NCBI GenBank assembly: GCA_964019335.1
Contig: OZ025746.1
Span: 1-64,000 of the forward strand
DNA from: Diplonema japonicum
Lineage: Eukaryota > Protista > Euglenozoa: Diplonemea
DNA length: 64,000 nucleotides
Direction of reading: 5' to 3'
The position numbers and the translations under genes were made by a program. Below the pieces are notes generated by a model. The model was given only the letters and a program-made list of their open reading frames with translations. It searched no databases and was not told the origin of the DNA. Shown in pieces: positions 27,450-39,400 of this stretch. Numbering within the stretch: the stretch's first letter is position 1; the number at the start of each line of letters is the position of its first letter.

Positions 27450-30400
27450 TTTTCTTTCTTTTCCTTCTTTTTTTATTTCCCCCGGGGGTGCAGGGAAGGG
27501 TGGGGGGGGGGGGGGGGGTCTGTTTTTAAAAAAAATTGTGTTTCTGTAAAAAGACGAAAAAAACAAAAATGAGGGGGGGGGTGGGAGGGAAAAAAGAAAA
27601 GAGAGGAAGAGGGGGGAAAATAAAATAAAAAACAAAAAAAAAGAGGACGGAGGGGGTATGGAAAAGATGGGGAAAAAAAAGAAATAAAACAACTAAAGGG
27701 AAAATAGAAAAGAAAAAGGGAAACCAAATAAAGGGGAACACCCTTAGAGACTAAGGGGAGGTAGGGGGAGGGATCGGACCAACCATAAAAAACCCATCAA
27801 AGGGCGATATTACATAAAGATTAAAGGCAGGGGAAGAAAATGGGGGGAAAAAAAAATTGCACGTAGAAACAAGGGGAAGGAGGATATCGTGGAGGAAGAA
27901 GGTATTTTTTTCTTTTTTTTTTTTTTTCTTTTGTTCTTTTTCATTTTATGAAAAATGTCCCCTTGATTCGTATTGATCTACTAGCTGTGCACAATGTATG
28001 GGTTTGGGGAGGAGGGGAGGGGAGGAAAGAAGAAAAAAAAAAAAAAAAAAAAAGTAATTTGGGGTTTTTTTTTTTTTTTAACGCGTATAGTTTCTACACA
28101 TGAAAAGGGATAAGAGTGGTGCCAAATCTTTATTGGCAAGCATTCATTACTTTGCAAATACGGGAGAAATCTTGGGGGACTAGGGGGAATGGGAAGAGCA
28201 CGTAAAAAGAAATTTGTGTTTTTTTTTTTCTCTTTTTTTTCTTGTGGCGCTTAGGCCCGCTCTGCGAGTGTCGTATCCCACCGTTGTTGCTATTTTTTTT
28301 TTTTTTTTTCGATCCATTCCTTTGTTCCTAAAAAAAATTATTTTCTTCCGTTATTAGGGAGGGAGGGGGGTTCCCTTGAGGAACTCGAGACAACTTCACA
28401 AAAAAAAGGAATCAAATATTAATTTGGAAAAAAAAAAAAAATTAAAAAAAAAACACGAGGGAAAAAAAAAAAAAAGATATCACCACTTTTAGAGACACAA
28501 TCCTCCTTGAGAGCCTGCAAAAGTAAGTGAAAATAGAAGGACGGGCGAAGAAGAAGGGAAAAGAAAAAAGAAGAAAAAGACATAGAAACTACCCGCCCAT
28601 TGGTAACGGCAATCGTTGAAGATCCCACTTTGGGCTAAGTTTTTTCTTTTTTTTTCCTCTTTTTTTTTTTTTCAATGTCGGGGAAGGTGAAATGTTTTTT
28701 GCTATTTTCTTTTTCTTCTTTTTTTTTAAAAAAAAAAAAAAAAACTTTGGCATGCAAGACGAGGGGTGTTGAGGGGGGGGAAGGGAGGGGAAGGGAATAA
28801 AAAAAATTCACTATTGATGAAGGGAGAGAGGAAATATTTCTTTTTTTTTTAAAAAAAATCTCTTTTTTTCTTTTTTTTCCCCCCCTCTTTAGCCCATGCA
28901 CATAAAAGGGGGAAAAAGAAGAAGAAAAAAAGAAAAAAAAGAAAAAAAAGGGGGGGAGGGGGAAAGAAGGGCCAAAGGGGATTGCGGGGGGTGGAAAATA
29001 AGGGATAAGGAATAGAAATACATTAAGAGAAATGCAAAAAAAAAAAAAAGGGGGAGGGACAAGCAAAAAAAAAAAAATCTCTCTGTATATCTTCTGTTCT
29101 TTTTTTTTTTCCTCCCCAAAAGACAAAGAAGCAAATCTTTAAAGAAAGGGGGTGGGGGGTAGGAAGGGCATGGGGAAATTGCTATTGAGGAAAGAAGAGA
29201 GGAAAGGGAAGCATCAAAAAAAAAAGAAAGAAAGAAAAAACCAGGACCAAAACCCACCACAGTTCTGACCTTTGATTTTTTTTCCCCCCTCCGTTTTTTG
29301 AGTTGCACCTCTATGTTTTCATCCTCCACCCAAAGCAGTACCTTTTAAAAAAAAAGGGAGGGAGACAGTGCCATTGAAAAAAAAAAAAAGAAAGAAGATA
29401 CAATAAAGAATAGTCACGATCGGACCCACCACAGCCCTGCACGATTTCTCCTTTTTTATGTTCTTCTTCTTTTTTTTTCTTTTTTTGCTTTTTTTTTGAG
29501 TTTCAGTCTTTCCCTCTCTTTTCTTTCTTGCCCCCCTTGGTTTTTCCTTTCGTTCTCACTTCTTTATTTTTTTTTTTCTGTTTTTCGTTTTTTTTTTTTT
29601 AAATTACATTTGATAAATACCGAAGCAAAGGGGACACCCTCCCTATTGCTTTTTTTCCCCCTTAAGTTCCTCCCCACTTTCCCCTCTTTTTTTTTTCTTC
29701 GTTTTTTTTTTTTTTTTTTTTTTTTTTTCTTCTTCATTTTTTTTTCTTCGTTCGGCGAACCAATGACCCTTCTTCTTCTCGCACAGGTGCAGAAATAGGG
29801 GGAAAAAGAGATGGGGGGGGAGGGGAGGGAGGGGGGGAATCATCATTCTTTTCTGATCCCTCTTTTGCCGAAAAAGGAAGAAAAAAAAAAAACTTGTATT
29901 GTTGTCATGTGCATGGAAGAAAGAAGAAAAAAAAAAGAAAAAAAAAGAGGGGAAAAGAAAAGCTGGCATGACGGATCTAACCCACAACAGCCCTAAAACC
30001 CCATAGAAAAAAAAAAATACAAGAGTAACTGAAGGACGAGGCTATTTCTTGCTCTAGACCGATTTTCTTACCTTTTTTTTTTTTCGATACTAGAAAGCTT
30101 AGAAAATAAACAGTAAAATACCCACCAGATTCAGCGGGGCAATAAAAAAAAAAAAAAAAAAAAAAAAAAACAGAAGAAGCCACACTAAAATGACCATTCT
30201 CGCCATCGCCGTTTAAGGCTTTGGGGCGTAGGGGAATAAAAAAAAAAAAAAAAAGTACAAAAAGTGAGCTAACGGCTGACCTCTAAATGCAGGGAAATAA
30301 AAAGAAAAAAAAAGAAAAAAATCACGCATACACAAGAAAAGCCCCCCTCAACCCCTCCCAAGATGCCAAAGCAGTAAATTGTTGATTTTTTTGTTTCCCC

Positions 30401-30545
30401 CTTCCTCCCCCCCCCCCCCCCTCCTCTCCTATTTTTTTGAGGAGAGTTGGGGGGGGGGGGGGGAAAGTGTGTTTTCTTTTTTTCTTTTTTTTTTTTCCAA
30501 AAAATATTTTTTCATTTTTTTTTCTTTTTTTTCCACGTCCCTGTG

Positions 30546-30577
<32 letters not shown>

Positions 30578-30634
30578 CAGAGTAAGTAGTGTGGAAGAAA
30601 GAAATTTTAAAAAAGGGGGAAAAGTTCAGGATTT

Positions 30635-30665
<31 letters not shown>

Positions 30666-30791
30666 GAGAAAAGGATTTACGGTTCGAAGGAAATGTGGGG
30701 ACACAACAGCAGAGGGCTGCGCTAAAACGAAAAAAAACGAAAAAAAAGAAAAAAAAGGAGGAGAAAAAAAAAAACACAAAAGAAAGAGGAT

Positions 30792-32626
30792 CTATTGCAC
30801 TGAGACGTTCTTCTTTTCTTCGGGAGAAAGCAGATCAGCACCACCATCTTCCATCTCGAAATCGTTGAACTTCTTTGCCTTTGTGTTGCTCTCAGCATCG
30901 TCCTTCTCCTTCTTGCCCTTAATAAGCATGAAGAGGAGGTACCCAATGAGCAAGCCGAAGAGAACCCACAGCACAATGATAAGAGCGGCCGGGAGGCACG
31001 CCTCACCAAGTCGAAGACCTTCACAGCATTCTTCACCATTCCCAGGTGCTGGCTGAACGCTTCCTGTCTCGTCATTAGGCGCACCCTGAACCACCATAGT
31101 GGTGTTGAAGCTGTTGTCAGCGTTGTGTGACTTCACAGGGATCCACCCATTCACGTTGCCGTTCTTCCAGCACACTGTGTAGTCACGGTCGGCCTCGTCA
31201 GCAACCTCCCACTTCATGGTAACATTGACCAGAAGTTCCATCTGGCTCTTGGGTTCAAGAGTGGCGTTGTTCTGGACCACTGCTTGGCAGGCTTCGTTCA
31301 CCTCCAGTGCTTCGCCAGCCTCCATTGTGCACTCGGGTGGGACATCCACTGTGCAGTCCTGGTCGCCCTTCACGATCTTGATCTTCCTGGTCTCGCTGTT
31401 CTCAGGTGTTGAGTCGAAGCACCCATGCACAATGTATGTGAAGGGTTCGTTCTTCAACGGCCTCAGCGGGAAGGTGGTGTACCATGTGGGCATCGCAGGG
31501 GCGCACGATCTCATCTCGCAGAAGCTTCCGCCCCAACCGCTGTTGCACAGGCATGCGCCGTTCGCGTCGCATGTCCCCCTGTTGTTGCAAAGGTCCTCGG
31601 AGCACACCTCGCACGTGCCGCTCGGAGTGGGCGTGATACAGATGTCGCAGTTAGCACCGCCCCAGCCGTCATTGCACTTGCAGCAGCCGTCCGCCTCGCA
31701 TGCTCCGTTCTTGCACGTTGCGCTGCACAGGTTCACACACTTGTCGTTCTTCCACTCGCATGTGTCGGCTGCGTTACAGCGTGTCGGCGTACTGAAGAGC
31801 GAGCACTTCGCGTCCTCCATCGGGATGCACGTGCTGTTTGTGCTGATCCACTGGCACTCCACGTTGTCGGGGTTGTTGGTGCACTGGTCGTTGCTGAGGT
31901 AGAACTCGCACTGGCTGCGCGGCTTGCACACGTCTTCTGGGGTCCACTTGCACTTCGGGGACTCCGTGCACTGCGTCTCGACGGTGTGGCTGCTGCACTG
32001 ACGGAGGTCAATGCACTTCTTAGTTGCGTCTTCCCACTCACACGACGCCTGTGAGTTACAGCTGGGCTTCTCCCTGTGCAGGAAGCACCCGCTCGAGGCC
32101 TCGCAGACGTTGTCTTTCCACTGGCAGATGGCGAAGTCGTCGCACAGGTCTTCCGTGGGGTGCGTGCTGCACGCGTTGTCGCACCTCGGCGTGCTGGTAG
32201 TGGTGAACCACTCGCAGCTGCTGTTGGCTCTGCACTCCGACTCGCTTGGGATGGCAACGCAGCCCTTGTCGACGCACTTCTCAACGTCGCCGTTGGCAGT
32301 TGTGACCACGATCCAAGTGCACATGGGGTCCTGAGAGCATGTGGGGGCAGCAACGTGAGCAGGGCAGCCCGTCTTGTCAACGCACAGCTGCTTGTTGTCA
32401 TCCCACAGGCAGACGTTGTCATTCTCGCAAGAGGCGATCGGGTAATCAGCACCCATGTGCTTAACACAGCCCGTCTGGGGCTCGCACACACCTGACACGG
32501 TGTCCCATTGGCAGATAACCTCAACATTGCACGTCCCCTGGTCGGGGTAAGCGGCACAGTTCTTCTTGATGCAAGTGTCCATGAACCACACGCAAGTAGT
32601 CGAGTCACCGCACTTGGTGGCATCAG
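30792..32626 (-). CDS. Giant VWA/EGF/lectin surface protein, last exon (Cys-rich repeats, two EGF domains, Ig-like domain, TM helix, short cytoplasmic tail)
   Basis: Joins in frame after removing intron 32627-32661 (KGCALI-ADATKCGDSTTCVW); TM segment ALIIVLWVLFGLLIGYLLFMLI. Confidence 0.9.
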
Positions 32627-32661
32627 CTGTATGGGGTGGGGTGTATTAATAATGTATATAC
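32627..32661 (-). other. 35-nt GT-AG intron
   Basis: GTATAT...ATACAG; removal restores the frame and the Cys spacing. Confidence 0.9.
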
Positions 32662-32783
32662 CAATGAGGGCACAGCCCTTCTTGTCTTCGCACTCACCGG
32701 AAGCGGTGTTCCACACGCACACGAAGTCGTCAGCGCAAGACTTCTGCGACAAGTGCACGCTGCACCTCTTCTTGTCATTGCAC
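32662..32783 (-). CDS. Giant surface protein, internal exon (122 nt)
   Basis: CNDKKRCSVHLSQKSCADDFVCVW repeat between two introns. Confidence 0.85.
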
Positions 32784-32819
32784 CTGCGAGTGAATGTTAT
32801 GGGTGCAAACGCAACATAC
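32784..32819 (-). other. 36-nt in-frame, stop-free GT-AG intron
   Basis: GTATGT...TCGCAG; removal converts NLK-YVAFAPITFTRR-CND into the repeat-consensus NLKCND. Confidence 0.8.
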
Positions 32820-33227
32820 TTGAGGTTGGTGGTGTCCCACCGGCACGCAATATCATCGTCACACGGGCTCTCGTACTTGTGCTTGTGACACCCAACAGAG
32901 GGCTTGCAGAGGTCCTTAGAGCTACCAGAAGATTCAGCAACACTGTCCCACCAGCAAAGGGAATCGCTCGAGCACGTGCCGGTGTTCTTGTGATCACAGA
33001 CGGCCCTCTTGCACAGACCCTTGTCAGCGTTCCAGACGCAGTTGTCAGTTCCAGCCTTGGCAGTGCACTCAGTCTCACCGCACAACTCAGGGCAGATGCT
33101 GGGGAGGCAGGTCGCCTGGCTCTTGCTTGTAGACCACACACAGGCGGAGTCGATCATGCAGCTGTCGGTCGTGGGCCACGCGCTGCACAGTTTGTGGAGC
33201 GACTGACCGTGGGTGACAATGTAGTAC
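32820..33227 (-). CDS. Giant surface protein, internal exon (408 nt)
   Basis: Cys-rich repeats, in frame with the flanking exons. Confidence 0.88.
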
Positions 33228-33260
33228 CTGTGGTGTGTGTGGCGTTGTCATGTATCATAC
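33228..33260 (-). other. 33-nt GT-AG intron containing an in-frame TGA
   Basis: GTATGA...CCACAG; removal gives TPIG-YYIV...HKLC, matching the post-VWA consensus. Confidence 0.9.
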
Positions 33261-33436
33261 CCAATAGGAGTGTTCTCATTGCAGAGGCCTTCCAGGACGT
33301 CGGTCTTCAGCGAGTCCATGTCAACAGAAACGAAGTGTCCGTCAACAGGCTCAGACAGGATGGGCTTCAATTTCTTGTCCACCCTCAGATCCGCATTCGT
33401 AACACTTGTGAAACGTCTCAAAGCAACCCCGAATAT
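33261..33436 (-). CDS. Giant surface protein, internal exon (176 nt; end of 16th VWA domain)
   Basis: IFGVALRR...EGLC continues the VWA consensus. Confidence 0.9.
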
Positions 33437-33480
33437 CTGTGTAGTTGGTGTTGTGTAATGTGAATAGTCTGTGTACATAC
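33437..33480 (-). other. 44-nt GT-AG intron
   Basis: GTATGT...ACACAG; removal gives LNVQ-IFGVALRR, as in the other VWA copies (VQVFGIVLR). Confidence 0.92.
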
Positions 33481-36400
33481 CTGAACGTTCAGCGCGTCGA
33501 GCAACAGGCGCGAGTCCTGCAGGTTGTCACCGTCGTCTATCTCACCAGAAGAAATGATGATCATTATCTTCTTCCTGTCATACGGCGACTTCTCGAAGAT
33601 ATAAGTACTCATCTCGAAGGCGTGCGCCAGGTAGTGCTGGCTGCTGCCGATCTGGTTAACTTCGTGCCAGTGCAGGTCATCGTATACCTCCTGGAACTTA
33701 CCGGTGAGGCGACCTGCCGCACCGACGCCAGTGGCGGTCCTCGTTGCGCTGTGGTACTTTGCGAACTGCACGAACGCCAACCTCATGCCGCTTGTGGAAG
33801 CGACAGACTTGATACCAATGTCAGCGGCCTCACCGGTGAGGGGCAGAGTGCTGGCCCAATCAGACACCATTTCCATCAACCCGAAGTAGCCGTTGGGGTG
33901 TCTGCCAAACGTCTGCGTCATAGTGTCAGAGCCATCCAGGAGCATGACGATGTCCATAGGCTCGCAGTTCGAGTAGATGGACGGGAAGCATGTTGTGTCG
34001 TCCTTGTTCCAGGTGCAGCCGGTGATCGCCTTGCACGCGCACTCCTCGGTGTTCATGCTGCACACCTTGACACCCTCCTCGCACTTGGGGTTCCCGTTCT
34101 CCGTCCACACGCAGCCATCAGCAACAGCATCATCGGACTCACATTTCGCCTTGCTCTCAACGTATTTCAAGCACTTCTTTTCACCGCACCTTGCAGGAGA
34201 GTGGTCTATGTGCCATTCGCACTTGTCGTTGGCAACACATTTCTTCTCGTCCGGGTACTGGATGCACTCGTTGATGACCTTGCAGGTGTCGCCCTCCCAC
34301 TTGCACTCGTAAGAGTGCTTCTCGCACTTGGCTTGTGTGTCGAAGACGCAGGGTTTGTGGATGCACTCCTTGGTGGCCTCGTTCCACAGGCATTCGGGAC
34401 GCATGCCACAAACATCGCTCTTGTAGTTGCACGGGTACACTATGCATTCACCACCCGCTGAGTCATCCCACTCGCAGCCGAAAATGTCAGCAAGGCACGA
34501 ATCCTCAGTAGTAGAGCCCACACAAGGCTTCTTGCCGCACAGGCTCTTGTCAACGTACCAGTGGCAGTTGTTCGACTCGCACGTGGCAGTGTCGGGGAAG
34601 TCGCACTCAAGCCTCCTCTCACAGAAAGTGCCCGCAGTGTTCCACTTGCAGCTGGCGCCAGTGTAGCTGTTGCACTCGGTCTCACCGCAGATCTTGTGGC
34701 ATTCCGCGAAAGTGCAGTGCAGTGTGCTGTCGTTCCAAGCGCAGTTGCTGTCGGCCTCGCACACCCTGGCGTCGTTGTAGAAGTCGCACGGCAAATGGAC
34801 GTGTTCCTTGGCAGCTGTCACAGTGTCGTAGTTCATCACAACTCCACCGAAGGTGCTGGTAGGGTCGCACAGTTTCATGAGCACCTGCTCCTTGAAGTCG
34901 TCCAGGGGCACGCTGAGCACGTGCTCTGACAGAGGCGTAGTGGCAATCTCCTTCAACGATTTCTCAGCCTCCATGTCCTCTGACGACCTTGTGCTGTACT
35001 TCCTCAAAGCAATACCAAACACCTGCACCTTTTGGTTTGCAAGCAGAACGCTGGCTGAACCAAGGTTGCTCACGTCTTGAATCTTGTTGTCTGCAATGAT
35101 AAGGAGGACCTTCTTTCTAGTTGGAGGCGAGTTCTGGAACAGCTCACCGGCCCAGATGAGGGACTTCGCGATGTAGGTGTCGCCGTGCATGAAGTGTGTT
35201 TCCTGCCAATCAAGGTCGGCCTCCAGCTCAAGGACAGCACCGGTCAACCTACCAGATGAACCAACACCGGGAGGCGACTTCTTAGGCTGGCCCTGGTTCG
35301 AGAACTGCACGAAGCCAACACGCACACCACCTTGCGCAGCAACGGAAGCGCTGCCCTGGACAGTCGATGCCTCCTTGGTGAGCGGCAATTCCTCGATCCA
35401 CATACGCAGAGCCTCAACAACACCGAAGTAACCGTGAGGGTGGTGGCCGAAGGAGCCAGACATGGAGTTAGACCCGTCAAAGAGCACCACAATGTCCATC
35501 ACAGGGCAGCCACCGAACTGCTGGGAAACGCACTTGGCGTTACCAGCAACCCTCGAGTCCCAGAAGCAGGTCTTCTGCTTCGAGCACTCGCAGCTGTCGA
35601 GCTTGTTGCAGTCTACCTTCTTACACTTCGAGTCAGTAGTGCTCCACAGGCAGCCCTTCTCCACAGCGCAGTCCTGTGTAGTCTTCTGTTGGGCGCACTT
35701 GCTCTCCTGGCACGTGCCCCACCACTCACAACCCTCGTGGTGGACACAATCGGCCTCGTCAGGGTACATCACACAAGGCTTAGGGCCACACTTGGAGGAT
35801 TCCCACAGGCAGCGGTCGTCGGACACACATGCAGTGATGCTAGTTGAGGTACACGGCTTCTCAACGCAGGCAACCCACGCAGGGCCGCTGCCTTCAAGGA
35901 TCGCATCCCACTGGCAAGTTGGGTCTTTTGCGCACGTGTCTGAAGTAGTGTACCTACAGGGCCTCGGTTCACAGGAGTCCGTTTCTTCCTTCCAGATACA
36001 GCCCTCAGCACCCTGCAAACAACCGTCTCTGCTCGTGTACTGGCACTCCTTCTCCTTGCAACCAAGAGCATTGTTAAGCTCTGCAATTGCACCCCATTCG
36101 CAGCCAGGGTCTTGACTGCACGACAGGATGTCGTCGTGGTAGCACAGCTCTTGTTTGAAGCATTCACCGCCAACCCATTGGCAGAGGTTGACGTGGTCGG
36201 CAGAGCACTCAGCCTCGGTACAGTGTGTCAGACAGCCAGATGATGCGCACGTCTGCAGACGGTCGTTCCACCTGCAAGACTTGTCTTTGTTGCAAGAAGA
36301 ACTGCCGAGGTACATGAGGCACGGGACAATAGTCTTCTTGGTCTGAGGAACACCCTCCTTCACTGCTGGCTTGGTGATTTCCTTTCCGAACAAGGAGTGA

Positions 36401-39400
36401 GGGTCGCACAGGCTGCTGAGCTTCTCCTTCATGTCATCAAGCTCGATGTTCGTCAAATGGTTAGAAGTCTCCTTGCTCACAATGAGCCTGGCACTTGCTT
36501 CAGCGTTCTGGTCCGTCTTGGTGTGCGCCGTGAGCGGTCTCAGCACAATACCGAATACCTGCACGCTCGACGACTTCAGCTTCGCCTCGGCTTCCGTCAC
36601 CTTGGCACCAATGTTAACTTCACCGTCGAGAATAATCAGCAGCACACGCTTCCTGCCTGAGCTCGTTGCGCCAAGGAACATGTCTGAGGCAATCTTCATG
36701 GCAGAGCCAGCATCCGATCCGTCGGCGTCCAGCCTGAACTTGCTGTGCCACGAAAGGTCATCGATGATCTCACTTTTGTCACCTGACAACCTCCCGCCAG
36801 TACCAACGCCGATGGGAGTTTTCCTGGCACCGGTGCTGAACTGCACGAAACCAAGACGAACACCAATGGGCGCCACACTCGACGCGGAAGCAGAGCTTCC
36901 AGTAAGGGGAAGCGTCTTAGACCAGTCAGCAAGGGTCTGCGTGAGGCCGTAGTACCCGTCTGGGTGACGGCCAAAGGCGTTGGTCATGGAGTTCGAGGAG
37001 TCGAAGGCAACGACGATGTCCATCACAGGGCAACCACCGAAAGCAAGGTTCAGGCACCCAACAGTCATCGACTTGCTGTTCATCACGTACGGCGTCGAAT
37101 CCCAGAAGCAGCCGTGGTCAGTCTTGCAGTCGCACGAGCCCTTGATCTTGGTGCAGTCCTTGTCTTTGCACTTGCTGGACGTCTCGTTCCAAGAGCACTT
37201 CAGTTCAGGATCGGCATTGCAAGTGTACTCGTTGGTGTACCTTCCGCAGTACTTCACAGAGCAAAGCGAAGGCGAACTGCCGGTGTCCCAATGGCATTCC
37301 TGGTCCAAGTCACAGCTAAACTCGTCGGGGTACTGTGTGCAAGCCTTGAACTGGCACCTGTTCTGCCACTCGCACCTGATGTCCTTGACACACTCTGTCT
37401 CGGTAGTATCTTTGCAGTGCACCTTTTCGCACTTGTCAGTGCCGTTCAGCCACACACACGTCGCGTCAGTGATGCAAGTCGCAGCGTCGACGTAGTTGCA
37501 AGTCTTGGGATCGCAGTGCTTCTTGGCCGAGTCCCACACACAGCCTTCTGGGTCGTATTCACAACTGTCCTCGGATTCGTGGTGGCACACCTTCTCAGTA
37601 CAAGTGTTGCTGACCCAGTCGCAGTAGTCCTTGGCAACGCACTCCTGTTGCGTGGGCATGCCACAAGGCGGCTGCTTGTAGCACGCCTTGTCAGCGTCAC
37701 TCCACTGACATTTGTGCTCGTTGTCAGCAACACAGGTAGCGCTGTTGCACTGGTGCAATAAACAGGGAGAGATAGCGCAGGCGAGGTAAGTCTCACTCCA
37801 CTCGCAACCAGGGTCGGCCTTGCACTTGGTAGGTGAACTGTGCGAGACACACGACATGCTCGCGTTCGCGGTACCGTGAGCGATAATGGCCTTGCCCCAC
37901 TTCGTCGTAGGTTTGCACATCTCAGCCAAAATGGTTTCAACGTCACCCAGCTCCGATGCGTAGAAGTGGTCATCGTTGACGACAGACATCACCGGCTTGA
38001 CGCCTGCCTCGTTGTCAAGGTCGGTCTGACTCTTCACAGAAACAGTTCGCAGCACAATACCGAACACTTGGACGTCCTCGGTGTCGAGATTTGCCCTCAC
38101 CGTAGCAATGCGGTCCAGATCCCCTGGGGTGTTGTGGACAATCAGCACCAACATCCTCTTCCTACTAGGGGGCGAGCGCTTGAAAATGTCACTGACAAGC
38201 CCCAGAGTGGGCTCGAAGAAGGTAGGCTCAGGTGTGGACAGCTGGTGGGACAGGAAGTACTCGATGTCATTCACCGCCTGCGCTTTCACACCAGACAACT
38301 GTCCGCCAGTGGCCACCTTACCAGATGCGGCGTAAGCAGAAGTAGTCATCTCGTTAACAACAAGCGACGCACCGAACTGGACAAGACCAATCCTCATACC
38401 CACGGGCTTGGCATCCTTCTTTTCAACAGTGTAGCTATCGCCGTTCAGGGGGGTGGTCCTCATCCAGCCCTGGATCATGTCCAAGAGTGCGGCGTAACCG
38501 TTCGGGTGACGGCCGAACTGCTGCGACATGGAGGCAGCACCCGAGAAGGCAATGACGATGTCCATGTTGGGGCAGGCACCGAACTCAACACCCACGCAAG
38601 CCGACGCTTCAGTTGCCCAGAAGCAGTGCGGGTCAGCACGGCAGTTACACTTATCTGCGCTGTAGACGTCACAAGTTTTCTTCACACAGATATCATCGGA
38701 GCCCACCGTGCACACGGGGTCAAGCTCACAAGCTGCTTTGTCCGTCTTCCAGAGACTGCAATCTGTGGGCGTGCAGTACGCAGGGGACGACGAAGAGTCC
38801 CACTCACACTCACGGTCAGGCAAGCAAGACACCTCATCAGTGTACTGCACACAAGGCTTCTGCTTGCACACCCTCGTTGCGTCCAGCCACTCACACCTCG
38901 GGTCGTTCTTGCACAGAACGGCATACGTGAACGAACACTGCTTGGGCCCGCACTTCTTGCTGTCGGCGTCCCAAGTACAGAGACCGTCATTGTTGCAGTT
39001 AGTGGCGTCGGTGTACCTGCACTTAGTTTCTGTACACTTGGACTTCGAGGAGTCCCATTCGCAGCCATGCGTGTCAGCAATGCAAGCACCTTCAGAGTGG
39101 TGGTTGCATGGCGTGGGAGCGCAGATGCCGGTGGCGTCGACCCACGTGCATTCGTAGTCGAGCTCGCAGCTCACCTTGTCGGTCTTGCCACAGACGCTCT
39201 CCTTGTAGCACGTGTGCTCAAAGCTGTTCCACATGCAGCGCGACGAGACAAGCTTATCGCAGTCAGTCTTGTTGCACACGTGGAGGCAAGGACTGTCGGC
39301 ACAGATAATGAGACTGTCGTCCCAAGCGCACCCAGTGTCCTTGTTACAGCTGGTGGAGTCGTAGTGGAAACCACACGGGAGGTGGTCCTTGGATGCATCA

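Noticed and set aside
27450-30790. Short ORFs and the 81-aa N-terminal extension of the glycosyltransferase ORF
   Set aside because: Homopolymer-derived Phe/Lys/Pro runs; non-coding spacer or UTR.
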